Positions 8,948 through 18,295 of a stretch of DNA of 64,000 nt are shown piece by piece. How positions within the stretch are numbered: position 1 is the stretch's first letter; every line of letters starts with the position of its first letter. The notes beneath the pieces are model-generated. The model did no database searches. It was not told the DNA's origin and saw nothing but the letters and a program-made list of their open reading frames with translations. The position numbers and the translations under genes are program-made. This DNA is from an uncultured beta proteobacterium (GTDB taxonomy: Bacteria > Pseudomonadota > Gammaproteobacteria > Burkholderiales > SG8-41), in contig CAIVHG010000083.1 of assembly GCA_903905655.1 (NCBI GenBank), forward strand, positions 2,785-66,784. The letters run 5' to 3'.

Positions 8948-10642
8948 ATGGCTGAACAGCGCAAGAAACTGCGTTTAGGCGAGTTGCTCGCACAACAGGG
9001 ACTGATCTCGGCCGACCAGCTCGGCATCGCGCTCGCCGAGCAGAAGCAAACCCATCTGCCCATCGGGCGGCTGCTGGTGCGCCTTGGCTTCATCACCGAA
9101 GGCACGATCCGCGACATCATGGCGCGCACCGTGGGCCAGGAGGCGATCGACCTGGCGCAGGTGGTCGCCGATCAGGAAGCCCTGCGGCTCGTGCCGCAGG
9201 AATTCGCACGGCGTCACCGCCTGCTGCCGATTGCCTACGACTCGGAAGAACGGCAGCTGAGCATCGCCACCACCGAGATCTTCAACATCGTGGCGCTCGA
9301 CCAGCTGCGCGCCATGCTGAGCCCGGACATCGAAATCCAGACCCAGCTCGCCGGCGAAGCGCAGCTCGAAGACTATATCGATCAATTCTACGGCCACGAG
9401 CTGTCGGTGGACGGCATCCTGCAGGAAATCGAAACCGGCGAAATCGACTATTCGACGCTGCCGGCGGGCGGCGGCGAATACACGCAGCCCATGGTGCGCC
9501 TCATCAACGCGCTGCTGATCGACGCCGTAAAGTGCGGAGCCTCCGATATCCACTTCGAGCCGGAATACGCGTTCCTGCGCATACGCTACCGCATCGACGG
9601 CGTGCTGGAAACGGTGCGCAGCCTGCACAAGACCTATCTGCCAGGCATCACAGTGCGCATCAAAGTCATCAGCGGCATGAACATCGCGGAGATGCGCGCG
9701 CCGCAGGACGGCCGGCTGTCGCTGACGCTCAACGGCAGGCCGGTGGACTTCCGGGTTTCGTCACATCCCACGATCCATGGCGAAAACATCGTCCTGCGCA
9801 TCCTGGACCGCGAGAAGTCGATCATCCGCCTGGACGACATGAACCTGCCGAAGCCCACGCTGGCGAGCCTGAATCAAATACTCGCGCGGCCGGAGGGCAT
9901 CCTGATCGTGACCGGTCCGACCGGCAGCGGCAAGACAACCACCCTCTATTCGCTGCTCTCGCAGGTCAACGACGACACGGTGAACATCATGACGCTCGAG
10001 GACCCGGTCGAATATCCGGTGACCCTCATGCGCCAGACCTCGGTAAACGACGCCGTGCGCCTGGACTTCGCCAACGGCATACGCTCCATGATGCGCCAGG
10101 ACCCCGACATCATACTGGTCGGAGAGATCCGCGATCACGACACTGCTGAGATGGCGTTTCGCGCGGCGATGACCGGCCACCAGGTGTTCTCGACGCTGCA
10201 CACCAATTCCGCGCTCGGCGCATTTCCGCGCCTGCTCGACATCGGCATACAGCCTACCATCATGGCCGGCAACATCATCGGCGTCATCGCGCAACGCCTG
10301 GTGCGTGTGCTATGCGTGCACTGCAAGGAAGCGTACGCCCCGTCGAGCGACGAGCGCCGGCTGCTGGGTTCGTCCGCGGCCAATACGGGTTACGTCTACC
10401 GTCCCCGCGGCTGCAGCAAATGCAACAACAAGGGCTACAAAGGGCGCAGCGCTCTCATGGAACTGCTGGCGATGGATGGCGATCTGGATGAACTCGTGGC
10501 ACGCAGCGCCACCGCCAAGGAATTGCGCGCTGCAGCCCTGACCAAGAACTTCAGACCGCTGGCGGAGGAAGGCATCGCACGGGTGCTCGACGGCACGACC
10601 AGCCTCGCCGAAGTAACGCGCGCCATCAGCCTCGCAGGATAG
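8948..10642 (+). CDS. Type II/IV secretion-family assembly ATPase, MshE/GspE-like, with an MshEN-type N-terminal domain
   Basis: 564 aa with Walker A GPTGSGKTT, Asp box, Walker B DPDIILVGEIRD, His box and a tetracysteine motif (CVHC...CSKC). The N-terminus RLGELLAQQGLISADQLGIALAEQ matches the MshEN motif. Confidence 0.9.
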   Translation: MAEQRKKLRLGELLAQQGLISADQLGIALAEQKQTHLPIGRLLVRLGFITEGTIRDIMARTVGQEAIDLAQVVADQEALRLVPQEFARRHRLLPIAYDSEERQLSIATTEIFNIVALDQLRAMLSPDIEIQTQLAGEAQLEDYIDQFYGHELSVDGILQEIETGEIDYSTLPAGGGEYTQPMVRLINALLIDAVKCGASDIHFEPEYAFLRIRYRIDGVLETVRSLHKTYLPGITVRIKVISGMNIAEMRAPQDGRLSLTLNGRPVDFRVSSHPTIHGENIVLRILDREKSIIRLDDMNLPKPTLASLNQILARPEGILIVTGPTGSGKTTTLYSLLSQVNDDTVNIMTLEDPVEYPVTLMRQTSVNDAVRLDFANGIRSMMRQDPDIILVGEIRDHDTAEMAFRAAMTGHQVFSTLHTNSALGAFPRLLDIGIQPTIMAGNIIGVIAQRLVRVLCVHCKEAYAPSSDERRLLGSSAANTGYVYRPRGCSKCNNKGYKGRSALMELLAMDGDLDELVARSATAKELRAAALTKNFRPLAEEGIARVLDGTTSLAEVTRAISLAG

Positions 10643-10643
10643 C

Positions 10644-11852
10644 ATGCTCGCATTTCGCTACAAAGCAGTCGACCGTGCCGGGCGCCCGGCACGCGGGGCG
10701 CTCGATGCGCTCAATGAAGTCGACCTCGAACTGCGCCTGCGCCGCATGGGGCTCGACCTCATCACCTTTCGTGAAGTAGACAAAAGCGCAGGCGGATTCG
10801 GCGGCGGCCGCCGCATCACGCGCCGCGATCTGATCACCTTCTGCTTCGATCTGGAGCAGATCACGCGCTCCGGCATCGCGTTGCTCGACGGCGTCCGCGA
10901 TCTGCGCGATTCGATCGAAAACCTGCGCTTCAGGGAAGTGCTCACCGCCCTCATCGAGGACATGGAGGGCGGTCAACTGCTGTCGCAGGCGATGTCGCAT
11001 CAGCCCCACGTATTCGACAAGGTGTTCGTCAGTTTGGTGCGCGCCGGTGAGCAGGCCGGGCGACTGCTGGAGGTATTCGAAAATCTCGGCAAGACGCTCA
11101 AATGGCAGGATGAACTCGCAAGCCAGACCAAGCGCCTCCTGATCTACCCCGCGCTGGTGCTGGCGGTCGTCTCCGGCGTGATGGTATTCATGCTCGTCTA
11201 CCTGGTGCCGCAGGTCGTGCAACTGCTGAAGACCATGGCGATCGCGCTGCCGCTGCAAACGCGCGTGCTGATCTTCATCTCGGATGCGTTCGTCGAGAAC
11301 TGGATGCTGCTGCTCGGCGTGCCGCTCGCCGGTGCCGCCGTCCTGACGGCGCTCGTCGCACGCAACCAGAAGGCGCAGTACCTGTGGGATTACGCGAAGC
11401 TGCACTTTCCGGTAATTGGACCGATCCTGCTGAAGATCATATTGTCGCGTTTCGCCAATTTTTTTGCGCTCATGTACCAATCGGGCATCAGCATTCTGGA
11501 TGCCATCAAGACTTCCGAAGGCATCGTCGGCAATCGCGTCATCGCCGACGGCCTGATGCGCGCCGGGCAACAGATCAATGCCGGCGAGAATCTTACCGAC
11601 ACCTTCCACAATCTGGGGGTGTTTCCGCCGCTGGTGATCCGCATGATGCGCGTAGGCGAGGTAACCGGCTCGCTGGACACCGCGCTGCTTAACATTACCT
11701 ACTTCTACAACCGGGACGTCAAAGAATCGGTGGACCACAACCTTGCCCTGCTCGGTCCGCTGCTGACGCTGGTGCTCGGCGGCATGCTGATGCTGATCAT
11801 GTGGTCGGTGCTTGGCCCGGTATACGAAATCTTCGGCAAAATGAGAATTTAG
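10644..11852 (+). CDS. GspF/PilC/MshG-type inner-membrane platform protein
   Basis: 402 aa with the two-repeat T2SSF architecture (FCFDLEQITRSGIALLDGV... and FFALMYQSGISILDAI...). It starts 1 nt after the ATPase gene. Confidence 0.9.
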   Translation: MLAFRYKAVDRAGRPARGALDALNEVDLELRLRRMGLDLITFREVDKSAGGFGGGRRITRRDLITFCFDLEQITRSGIALLDGVRDLRDSIENLRFREVLTALIEDMEGGQLLSQAMSHQPHVFDKVFVSLVRAGEQAGRLLEVFENLGKTLKWQDELASQTKRLLIYPALVLAVVSGVMVFMLVYLVPQVVQLLKTMAIALPLQTRVLIFISDAFVENWMLLLGVPLAGAAVLTALVARNQKAQYLWDYAKLHFPVIGPILLKIILSRFANFFALMYQSGISILDAIKTSEGIVGNRVIADGLMRAGQQINAGENLTDTFHNLGVFPPLVIRMMRVGEVTGSLDTALLNITYFYNRDVKESVDHNLALLGPLLTLVLGGMLMLIMWSVLGPVYEIFGKMRI

Positions 11853-13409
11853 ATGTCTGACAAGCTGCTCATCGCATTATCTGCGCGACAGGTCAGTGTC
11901 GCGCGCTGGCAGGGCCGGCGCTTCGACGGCTGCCTACTCTTTGCCTATAGCGACACCGGGCTCGACGAGTTCAGGGGATATCTCGCGACACTGAGCCGCA
12001 TGCCGGTCTACATGATCGTCGATGCAGTCGAGGAAGATTATCGCGTCGAATCGCTGCCCCACACATTCGGCATCGATCGCGCCCAGCTCTTGAAGCGCAA
12101 GCTCAAACAACATTACCGGAACTCGCCATACTGCAATGCCCTGCTGCAGGGCCGCGACACTGGCAAGCGCCGCGACGACCGTTATCTGTTCTGCGCGCTC
12201 ACCAATCCCGGGCTCATCGACGCCTGGGTGGCCGCCATCCTCGAGCTTGGAATGCCGCTTGCCGGAATCTATCTGCTGCCCACGGTGAGCCTGTGCCTGG
12301 TGGAAAAGCTGAAGCTCAGGAGCACCAATCTGCTGGTGGTATCGCCCGAGAGCTCGGGCCTGCGCCTGACCTGCCTTAGAGGCCAGAAACTGCGCTTAAG
12401 CCGCCTCGCGCGCATCGAGGCGAGCGGCATACCCATCACCCAGTACGCGGCGGAGATCTCGAACACGCGTTTGTATCTGCACGCGCAGCGCGTGATGACG
12501 CTCGAAGAACGGCTGTCGGTGTTGATCGTCGACCGCCACGACTCCCTGGGCCGGCTCGAGTACACCATCGGGCGCGACAATCCAAATGTGGACTGTCGCC
12601 GCCTCGGCCACCAGGACATCATCGAACAGGTCGGCATTTCCGCAGCGGCCCTCGACTCAACCGTCGATGCGCTCTATCTGCACCTGCTGGGACTGCGCGC
12701 CCCAGCAATCAATCTTGCCCATGGCAATATCACCTTTGGTCACCGTCAGCATCAGGCGCGCCGCGGAATCCATGCGCTGGCAGCACTCAGCGCGTTTGGC
12801 GCAGCCGTGTGGTGCGCCTTCACGGCGTATCAGATCTTCGATACGACCTCGGAGACCGCCCAGGCCACCCGCCAAACCACTGCACTGCAGGCTCAATATA
12901 CGATTGCGGCGCGCCAGTTTCCGGCCGCGCCCACGTCTTCCGAAAACCTGCAGCGTGCGGTGGAGGTTTCGCAAAGGATAGGCGCCACTACGCGCTCACC
13001 GGACGCCATGATGGGGTTGGTAAGCCATGCGCTCGCCGACTATCCGTCGATCACGCTCAAGGCCTTTGGCTGGAAATACGGGTCCACCGAGATCGATCCC
13101 GAGACCAGCCGCGGGCTGCCGGCGCCTCACAGCGCACCGGTGCCCGGTACAGGCAGCGTGCGCCGGCAAAGCGGCTTCATCGCGGGAGAAGTTCGTCCTT
13201 TTCGCGGCGACTATCGTGCGGCGATCGAGGTCATCAACCGCTATGCCGACAGCCTGTCACGGCAGCCGCAAGTCGCGGAAGTGCGAATCATCAAGCTGCC
13301 GCTCAATATCAGCCCCAGCCTGACGCTCTCCGGCAACACCAGCGACAGTGCGGAAAACAGCGGGAAAGCAGAATTCAGATTGCTGTTGATACTCAAGCCA
13401 ACCGCATGA
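11853..13409 (+). CDS. Bitopic assembly protein, PilM-PilN fusion-like (MshI-like)
   Basis: 518 aa. A roughly 300 aa cytoplasmic domain is followed by one TM segment (GIHALAALSAFGAAVWCAFTAYQIF) and a roughly 190 aa periplasmic domain. It abuts the platform gene. The assignment rests on architecture and position only. Confidence 0.5.
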   Translation: MSDKLLIALSARQVSVARWQGRRFDGCLLFAYSDTGLDEFRGYLATLSRMPVYMIVDAVEEDYRVESLPHTFGIDRAQLLKRKLKQHYRNSPYCNALLQGRDTGKRRDDRYLFCALTNPGLIDAWVAAILELGMPLAGIYLLPTVSLCLVEKLKLRSTNLLVVSPESSGLRLTCLRGQKLRLSRLARIEASGIPITQYAAEISNTRLYLHAQRVMTLEERLSVLIVDRHDSLGRLEYTIGRDNPNVDCRRLGHQDIIEQVGISAAALDSTVDALYLHLLGLRAPAINLAHGNITFGHRQHQARRGIHALAALSAFGAAVWCAFTAYQIFDTTSETAQATRQTTALQAQYTIAARQFPAAPTSSENLQRAVEVSQRIGATTRSPDAMMGLVSHALADYPSITLKAFGWKYGSTEIDPETSRGLPAPHSAPVPGTGSVRRQSGFIAGEVRPFRGDYRAAIEVINRYADSLSRQPQVAEVRIIKLPLNISPSLTLSGNTSDSAENSGKAEFRLLLILKPTA

Positions 13410-14014
13410 ACATCCACGATCTCAAGGCGCTCAGGATTCCACTGGCGATGCTGCTGGCCGTGCTTGCCACAGCGGCAGGCCTGATCTATTACAGCAATGC
13501 CGTGCTCGCTCAGGCGCGGCTAGAATTGACCGGGAAACAGGCTCAACTGCGCGAGGCGCGCCTGCGGCTGCAAACCTCCGGCGACCAGAAGGCAGTCATC
13601 GTGCGTTATCTGGACGACTACCGCCGCCTGCAGCAGCTCGGTTTCATCGACGAGGAGCAGCGCATCAACTGGCTCGACGGCTTGCGCCTCAGCAATCAGC
13701 AGCTGCGGCTGTTCGGCGTGGATTACGAAATCGGCACGCAGCAGCCATACCCCTATGCGAGCGAGCTCAATCCGGGCCAGCTGGCGCTGTTTCAATCGGT
13801 CATGAAAGTCCACCTGAGCCTGCTGCACGAAGCGGACCTGCAGCATTTCCTGGGCATCCTCTCGCAGCAGGGCGCGGGCGTGTTCTCGGTCAACGAGTGC
13901 CTGCTGGAGCGCAGCGAGGCACCCGACGGCATACGCTATCAACCCAATCTGCGCGCGAACTGCGAGCTCGCCTGGATCACCATGCGGCCAGGCGCACCGG
14001 GAGAGAAGAAATGA
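13406..14014 (+). CDS. Bitopic coiled-coil protein, PilO/MshJ-like
   Basis: The ATG at 13406 overlaps the upstream stop (ATGA). The 202 aa product has an N-terminal TM segment (IPLAMLLAVLATAAGLIYY), a coiled coil (QARLELTGKQAQLREARLRLQ) and a globular domain. Confidence 0.45.
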   Translation: MNIHDLKALRIPLAMLLAVLATAAGLIYYSNAVLAQARLELTGKQAQLREARLRLQTSGDQKAVIVRYLDDYRRLQQLGFIDEEQRINWLDGLRLSNQQLRLFGVDYEIGTQQPYPYASELNPGQLALFQSVMKVHLSLLHEADLQHFLGILSQQGAGVFSVNECLLERSEAPDGIRYQPNLRANCELAWITMRPGAPGEKK

Positions 14015-14598
14015 TGCGAACTATGACTGCGCTGGTGCTGTGTCTGGTCTGGTGTGCACCGCTCGCTGCGGCCGATATCGAACGCATGTTTTACACGCGG
14101 CAGGAACGCGCTCTGCTCGACGACATGCGAGAAAACAAATTACGCAGCACAGTCGCCAGCGAGGAGCCTGCCGCGCCGATCCCACAGCATGTGGTGGTGA
14201 ATGGACTCGTGCGCCGCAGCGATGGAAAAAACACCGTTTGGCTCAACAACCGCGCAACCACGGAACGTCGTGCAGAGCCCATCAGCGTCACGACCAGCAA
14301 GAACAACGACCGCGTCAGTCTCACCGTACGCGACAGCGGTCGCAGCATCGACCTCAAGGTCGGACAAAGCGCCGAGATCGTGAGCGGGACCATTACCGAA
14401 GGCTATGCCAAGCGCGCAGCACCGATACCGGTGACCAAACCGGATGGCGAAAGAAGCACAGGCAGCAACGGCAAGACCACACGCGCTGGCTCCATGAGAT
14501 ACGATCAAATCACCTCCAGAGACAGCCCTCGGGGGGGCGAAAAAACGTTTGATCCGCCGGATGAAGCTGTGCGCGCGAAAGATGAAAATTCAAAATAG
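14011..14598 (+). CDS. Secreted/periplasmic protein of unknown function (in the MshK/PilP position)
   Basis: The ATG at 14011 overlaps the upstream stop (ATGA). The signal peptide is MMRTMTALVLCLVWCAPLAAAD. The 195 aa product has a charged, low-complexity C-terminus. Confidence 0.4.
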   Translation: MMRTMTALVLCLVWCAPLAAADIERMFYTRQERALLDDMRENKLRSTVASEEPAAPIPQHVVVNGLVRRSDGKNTVWLNNRATTERRAEPISVTTSKNNDRVSLTVRDSGRSIDLKVGQSAEIVSGTITEGYAKRAAPIPVTKPDGERSTGSNGKTTRAGSMRYDQITSRDSPRGGEKTFDPPDEAVRAKDENSK

Positions 14599-14636
14599 TT
14601 TTGCGTCGTGTTAATCGGGCTTCAGAACCACTCACG

Positions 14637-15839
14637 ATGCTCGTGATACTCACTCCTGACAATTCCGGTCCGGCTTTGACCAGCTGCCGCACCCGCGGCT
14701 CGGCTCAGGCAGGCTATGCGCTGCTGCTGTTTCTGCTCCTGATCATCACAGGTCTCGCCGCGGCACTGTTAAGCTACGCCAGAACTTCGTCGCAGCAACT
14801 CACCAGAGATCAGATCACGGCCGCAGCGCTGGCGCAGGCTAAAACGGCGCTGATCGGCGAGGCGGCAGACGACCTTAACAGGCCCGGTAGCTTGCCGTGC
14901 CCAGATCAGGACAACAATGGCCAGCTTGATCTCGGCGTCGACTTCTCTGGCAACAGCTGCGTAAGCTATATTGGCAGGCTTCCCTGGAAAACTCTGGGCC
15001 TGCCGGACCTACGGGATGGAAGCGGCGAGCGGCTCTGGTATGCCTTGTCCCCCAACTTTCGCGATTATTCCGCAGCCGGACCGCTCAACAGCGACACCAA
15101 CGGCATATTGACGATCACCGGCATCAGTCCGGCAGCCCAGATAATAGCAATTGTATTTGCGCCCGGCCCTGCGGTCGGCATCCAACTCCGCGATGCCGCA
15201 AACCAAAACAACGTTGCGAACTATCTTGACGGCATCAATACGCTGGGTGGCAATACCAATATTTATACCACGGGTCCTGCGACCGATATCTTCAACGATC
15301 GCTTGCTAGAAATAACGAGCGACGCGCTGTTTCCCGCCGTCACGATGCGGGTCGCCCGCGAGGCGAAGTTGCTTCTCAACAAGTACTATACCAACTATAA
15401 CTATTTTCCAAACGCAGCCAGCTACGCCAGTTCGAGCTGCGACCCCAACCTTACTCAGGGCAGAATTCCACTTACGATAGCCAACACCTGCCCTAAGCAA
15501 CAAGAATGGGGCCCATCAATAATGAAGACTTGGAAATGGTTTTTTGACAACAACTGGCACCAGGTGGCGCATTACGCGGTCGCCCCCGCTTGCGTTGATC
15601 CCATGCAACCCAATTGCACGGGCACCGGCTTTCTCACGGTAATAGGCGCCGGGGCATCCAACCCTACCGTAGAAGCGCTGACCATCGTCACGGGGCGCGC
15701 TTACACTGGCCAAGCTCGCCCTTGCGCAGTTGTCGCCGATTGTCTTGAAGCTCCCGAGAATACGAACACCGACAACGTTTACCTCGATGCCCGAGTCACT
15801 CCCAGCACCAACGACCGCCTGATGGTTGTTGCCCCTTAG
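14637..15839 (+). CDS. Large minor pseudopilin-like protein lacking Glu+5 (GspK-like class)
   Basis: About 400 aa. The N-terminus ...RGSAQAG/YALLLFLLLIITGLAAALL resembles a prepilin leader and hydrophobic helix, but position +5 is Leu rather than Glu. The large periplasmic domain has several Cys residues. GC is lower (about 50-55%) than its surroundings. A TTG at 14601 is an alternative start. Confidence 0.45.
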   Translation: MLVILTPDNSGPALTSCRTRGSAQAGYALLLFLLLIITGLAAALLSYARTSSQQLTRDQITAAALAQAKTALIGEAADDLNRPGSLPCPDQDNNGQLDLGVDFSGNSCVSYIGRLPWKTLGLPDLRDGSGERLWYALSPNFRDYSAAGPLNSDTNGILTITGISPAAQIIAIVFAPGPAVGIQLRDAANQNNVANYLDGINTLGGNTNIYTTGPATDIFNDRLLEITSDALFPAVTMRVAREAKLLLNKYYTNYNYFPNAASYASSSCDPNLTQGRIPLTIANTCPKQQEWGPSIMKTWKWFFDNNWHQVAHYAVAPACVDPMQPNCTGTGFLTVIGAGASNPTVEALTIVTGRAYTGQARPCAVVADCLEAPENTNTDNVYLDARVTPSTNDRLMVVAP

Positions 15840-15848
15840 GACGAGCCG

Positions 15849-16586
15849 ATGAAGACAGATGGCGGTTTTACACTGATTGAACTTGCCGTGGCACTGGTCG
15901 TCGTCACACTCATATTAGGCGGCCTGCTGGTGCCACTGAACACCCAGGTTGAGCAACGCAAAATCTCGGATACGCAAAAGAGTCTCGATGAAATTAAGGA
16001 AGCACTGATCGGGTTTGCCGTTGCCTATGGTCACCTGCCGTGTCCGGCAACTTCTGCAACTGGCCTCGCAAGCGGCCTGGAAGGGCCACGCACCGGAGGC
16101 ATATGCACGCCACGTACAGGTTTTGTTCCATGGGCTACGCTGGGCACCTCCAAATTAGATGCCTGGGGAAATATCTTCGGCTACAGGGTTAGTGACAACT
16201 ATTCTTCCGCTGTGTCTCCAATCACCTTCACCAGCTCAGCCGATATGACTATTCTGACGAAGGACGGCACCGGTGCGATCGCCTTTCTTAGCAACGTCAA
16301 CGGCACACCAGCAGTGGTGATGTCCTACGGCAGGAATGGTTACGGTTCCGTCAATGATCGAGGCATCGCACAAGCACTACCCGCTAATTGGCCGGCAAAC
16401 AACGCCGACGAAAATAGCAACGCAACCCGCTTAAGCGCAGACCCCCCGATCCGAGCTGGCTTTGTCAGTCGCGCCCCGCAAGCCGATAGCGCAAGCGGCG
16501 CTGGTGGAGAATTCGATGACATCGTGGTGTGGATCTCACCAAGTATTTTGTTCAACCGGATGGTGGCAGCGGGCAGACTGCCGTAG
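15849..16586 (+). CDS. Prepilin-type N-terminal cleavage/methylation domain protein (minor pilin or pseudopilin)
   Basis: It carries the canonical class III signal MKTDGG/FTLIELAVALVVVTLILGGLL. 245 aa. Confidence 0.8.
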   Translation: MKTDGGFTLIELAVALVVVTLILGGLLVPLNTQVEQRKISDTQKSLDEIKEALIGFAVAYGHLPCPATSATGLASGLEGPRTGGICTPRTGFVPWATLGTSKLDAWGNIFGYRVSDNYSSAVSPITFTSSADMTILTKDGTGAIAFLSNVNGTPAVVMSYGRNGYGSVNDRGIAQALPANWPANNADENSNATRLSADPPIRAGFVSRAPQADSASGAGGEFDDIVVWISPSILFNRMVAAGRLP

Positions 16587-16594
16587 CCACGACT

Positions 16595-18295
16595 TCAGAC
16601 AGCGGCGCGCGCCAGCTCGAAACACACCCTGCCGTCGACGTTGCTGTTGAGCGCAAGCCGGTAACCCAGGCGCTGTGCATGCCGCCCTGCCTGTAACAGC
16701 CCAACCCCGAGTCCAGTGGCAGATGGGACGGGCGCGCTGAACAGTCCGGATGCAATCGCAGCGGGTAGCGCAGGGCCGGTATCGCACACCGTAAGCCTCC
16801 CTCCGCGCGCGCAGGCTAACGCGACTTCAATGCTCACGCCCGGATGCTGCTGCGCCTTCGCGATCGCATTCTGCAGCAGATTTTCCGCAACGCTGTCGAA
16901 GAGCTCGCCCGGCAACGGGACGCCCGCAGTGACGCCAGCATCCAGAAAGCTGACGCACCCCACGGCATAGCGCTGTTTGAGCGCCTCCCACCAGGCCAGT
17001 GCGTCGACCTGCGTCGTCCTCGCCTGGTGCGGCGTCCTGAGCTTCTCGAGCGTGAGCGAGAGGCGCTGCGCGATGGCGGGCAGCTGACGCTTGATCAAAG
17101 CCTGAAACTCCACCGACTCCTCAGCGTTGCTGTCCTCAGCCGCGGCACATAGCGCCGCCAGCGACTGCAGTAGATTCTTCACGTCGTGCGTAAGCCGCGC
17201 GCCCGTCTCGTAAATGGCTTGGGCATAGGCATTGTCGCGTTGCGCCTGTTCGCGCCGCTTCGCGTCGTAAAAGTGCGCCAGCATCTGAGTCAACAGCTTC
17301 AGATGCAGGTAGAGCGCCGGGCTCAGAGACCAGCGCGTGTGGAACGTCAGGTGCACATCACTGGCCGTACATTGCGTCGTGAAACGCGTACGCGCCCCGA
17401 GCTCCCCGCTCGCATGCGGCGCATCCCATGCAACACCCGATACCCAGGGCAGCTCGCAAAGGCTCTGCATTGCAAGCGCCATGAACTGCGCCGGTTGCGG
17501 TTCGCGCTCGGCGACATCTGCGAGTTCATGCAGCCAGCGCTCGAACGGCAAACCCAGCGTCATCAGATAGCGCGACCAGAGCTGACCGATGCCGATGAAA
17601 CCGCTGTGCGGATTCCACAGCCAGCTCAGGCTGAGCAGGACAACTGCCATCACCATCAGGCTTTGTGCAAGCGCCAGCGGATAGTCGCCCTGGCTCAACT
17701 GCTTCACCACAAAGCTGCCGAGCACGAGCCCGGCCACCAGCAGGAACAGCATCATGCTGTAGTAGAGATCCACGACGACCGGCGGACAGCGGCGCCCGCC
17801 CACCGCCGGAACGGCGATGATGACGAGCGGCAGCCATACCAGCCCGTACTGCACGAACCACACGAACGTCGACGCCAGCGCCAGGTCCGCGAACAGGTGC
17901 GGAACCACCCACACCAGCAGCAACGTCAGCAAGTATAGTGCCGCCAGCAGCGCGACGAGACGCTGGCTGCGCGGCGCGCTTCCCAGCAGGCTACCGCCGA
18001 TCAGCGCGAATAACACCGCGATCCAGGTAGCCATCACCCACCAGGTGTTCCAGACCATGAACATCAGCGCTGCCGCGGCGATCCACCCAATGTGCCGCGG
18101 TTCCAGGCTGCGCTCACCGCACCACAGCGGCTGCCACACCAGGAACAGCCCACAATGCGCGAGCAGCATGGCGCGCGCCGGCCAGCCGTCGATGCCCCAG
18201 GCGAGCGAGCTATGCAGCGTCAGCAGCATCGCAGCCAGCCACCATTGCGGATGTGATGCTGTAGATTGAGACGGCAAAACCGTGGAGGATTCCAT
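16595..18295 (-). CDS. Polytopic membrane sensor histidine kinase, PrsK-like
   Basis: 566 aa. The first roughly 250 aa are almost entirely hydrophobic (about 8-10 predicted TM segments). It has the H-box ARLTHDVKNLLQSL, the N-box ENLLQNAIAKA and the G-box TGLGVGLLQ. It is convergent with the pilus operon, with stops 8 bp apart. Confidence 0.85.
   Translation of the reverse strand: MESSTVLPSQSTASHPQWWLAAMLLTLHSSLAWGIDGWPARAMLLAHCGLFLVWQPLWCGERSLEPRHIGWIAAAALMFMVWNTWWVMATWIAVLFALIGGSLLGSAPRSQRLVALLAALYLLTLLLVWVVPHLFADLALASTFVWFVQYGLVWLPLVIIAVPAVGGRRCPPVVVDLYYSMMLFLLVAGLVLGSFVVKQLSQGDYPLALAQSLMVMAVVLLSLSWLWNPHSGFIGIGQLWSRYLMTLGLPFERWLHELADVAEREPQPAQFMALAMQSLCELPWVSGVAWDAPHASGELGARTRFTTQCTASDVHLTFHTRWSLSPALYLHLKLLTQMLAHFYDAKRREQAQRDNAYAQAIYETGARLTHDVKNLLQSLAALCAAAEDSNAEESVEFQALIKRQLPAIAQRLSLTLEKLRTPHQARTTQVDALAWWEALKQRYAVGCVSFLDAGVTAGVPLPGELFDSVAENLLQNAIAKAQQHPGVSIEVALACARGGRLTVCDTGPALPAAIASGLFSAPVPSATGLGVGLLQAGRHAQRLGYRLALNSNVDGRVCFELARAAV

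Noticed and set aside
10626-11738. Long antisense or alternative-frame ORFs throughout the window. Examples: 2744-3652(-), 10626-11738(-), 24624-25547(-), 26076-27239(-), 29723-30916(+), 33621-34817(+), 36298-37479(+), 45944-47044(+), 49186-50361(-), 51543-53045(+), 55768-56787(+), 57942-58829(-), 60224-61687(+), 62039-62911(+).
   Set aside because: They are typical high-GC shadow ORFs. Their translations are Arg/Ala/Pro/Gly/His-rich with no recognisable motifs. Each is fully overlapped by a gene on the other strand or frame whose product is clearly recognisable.
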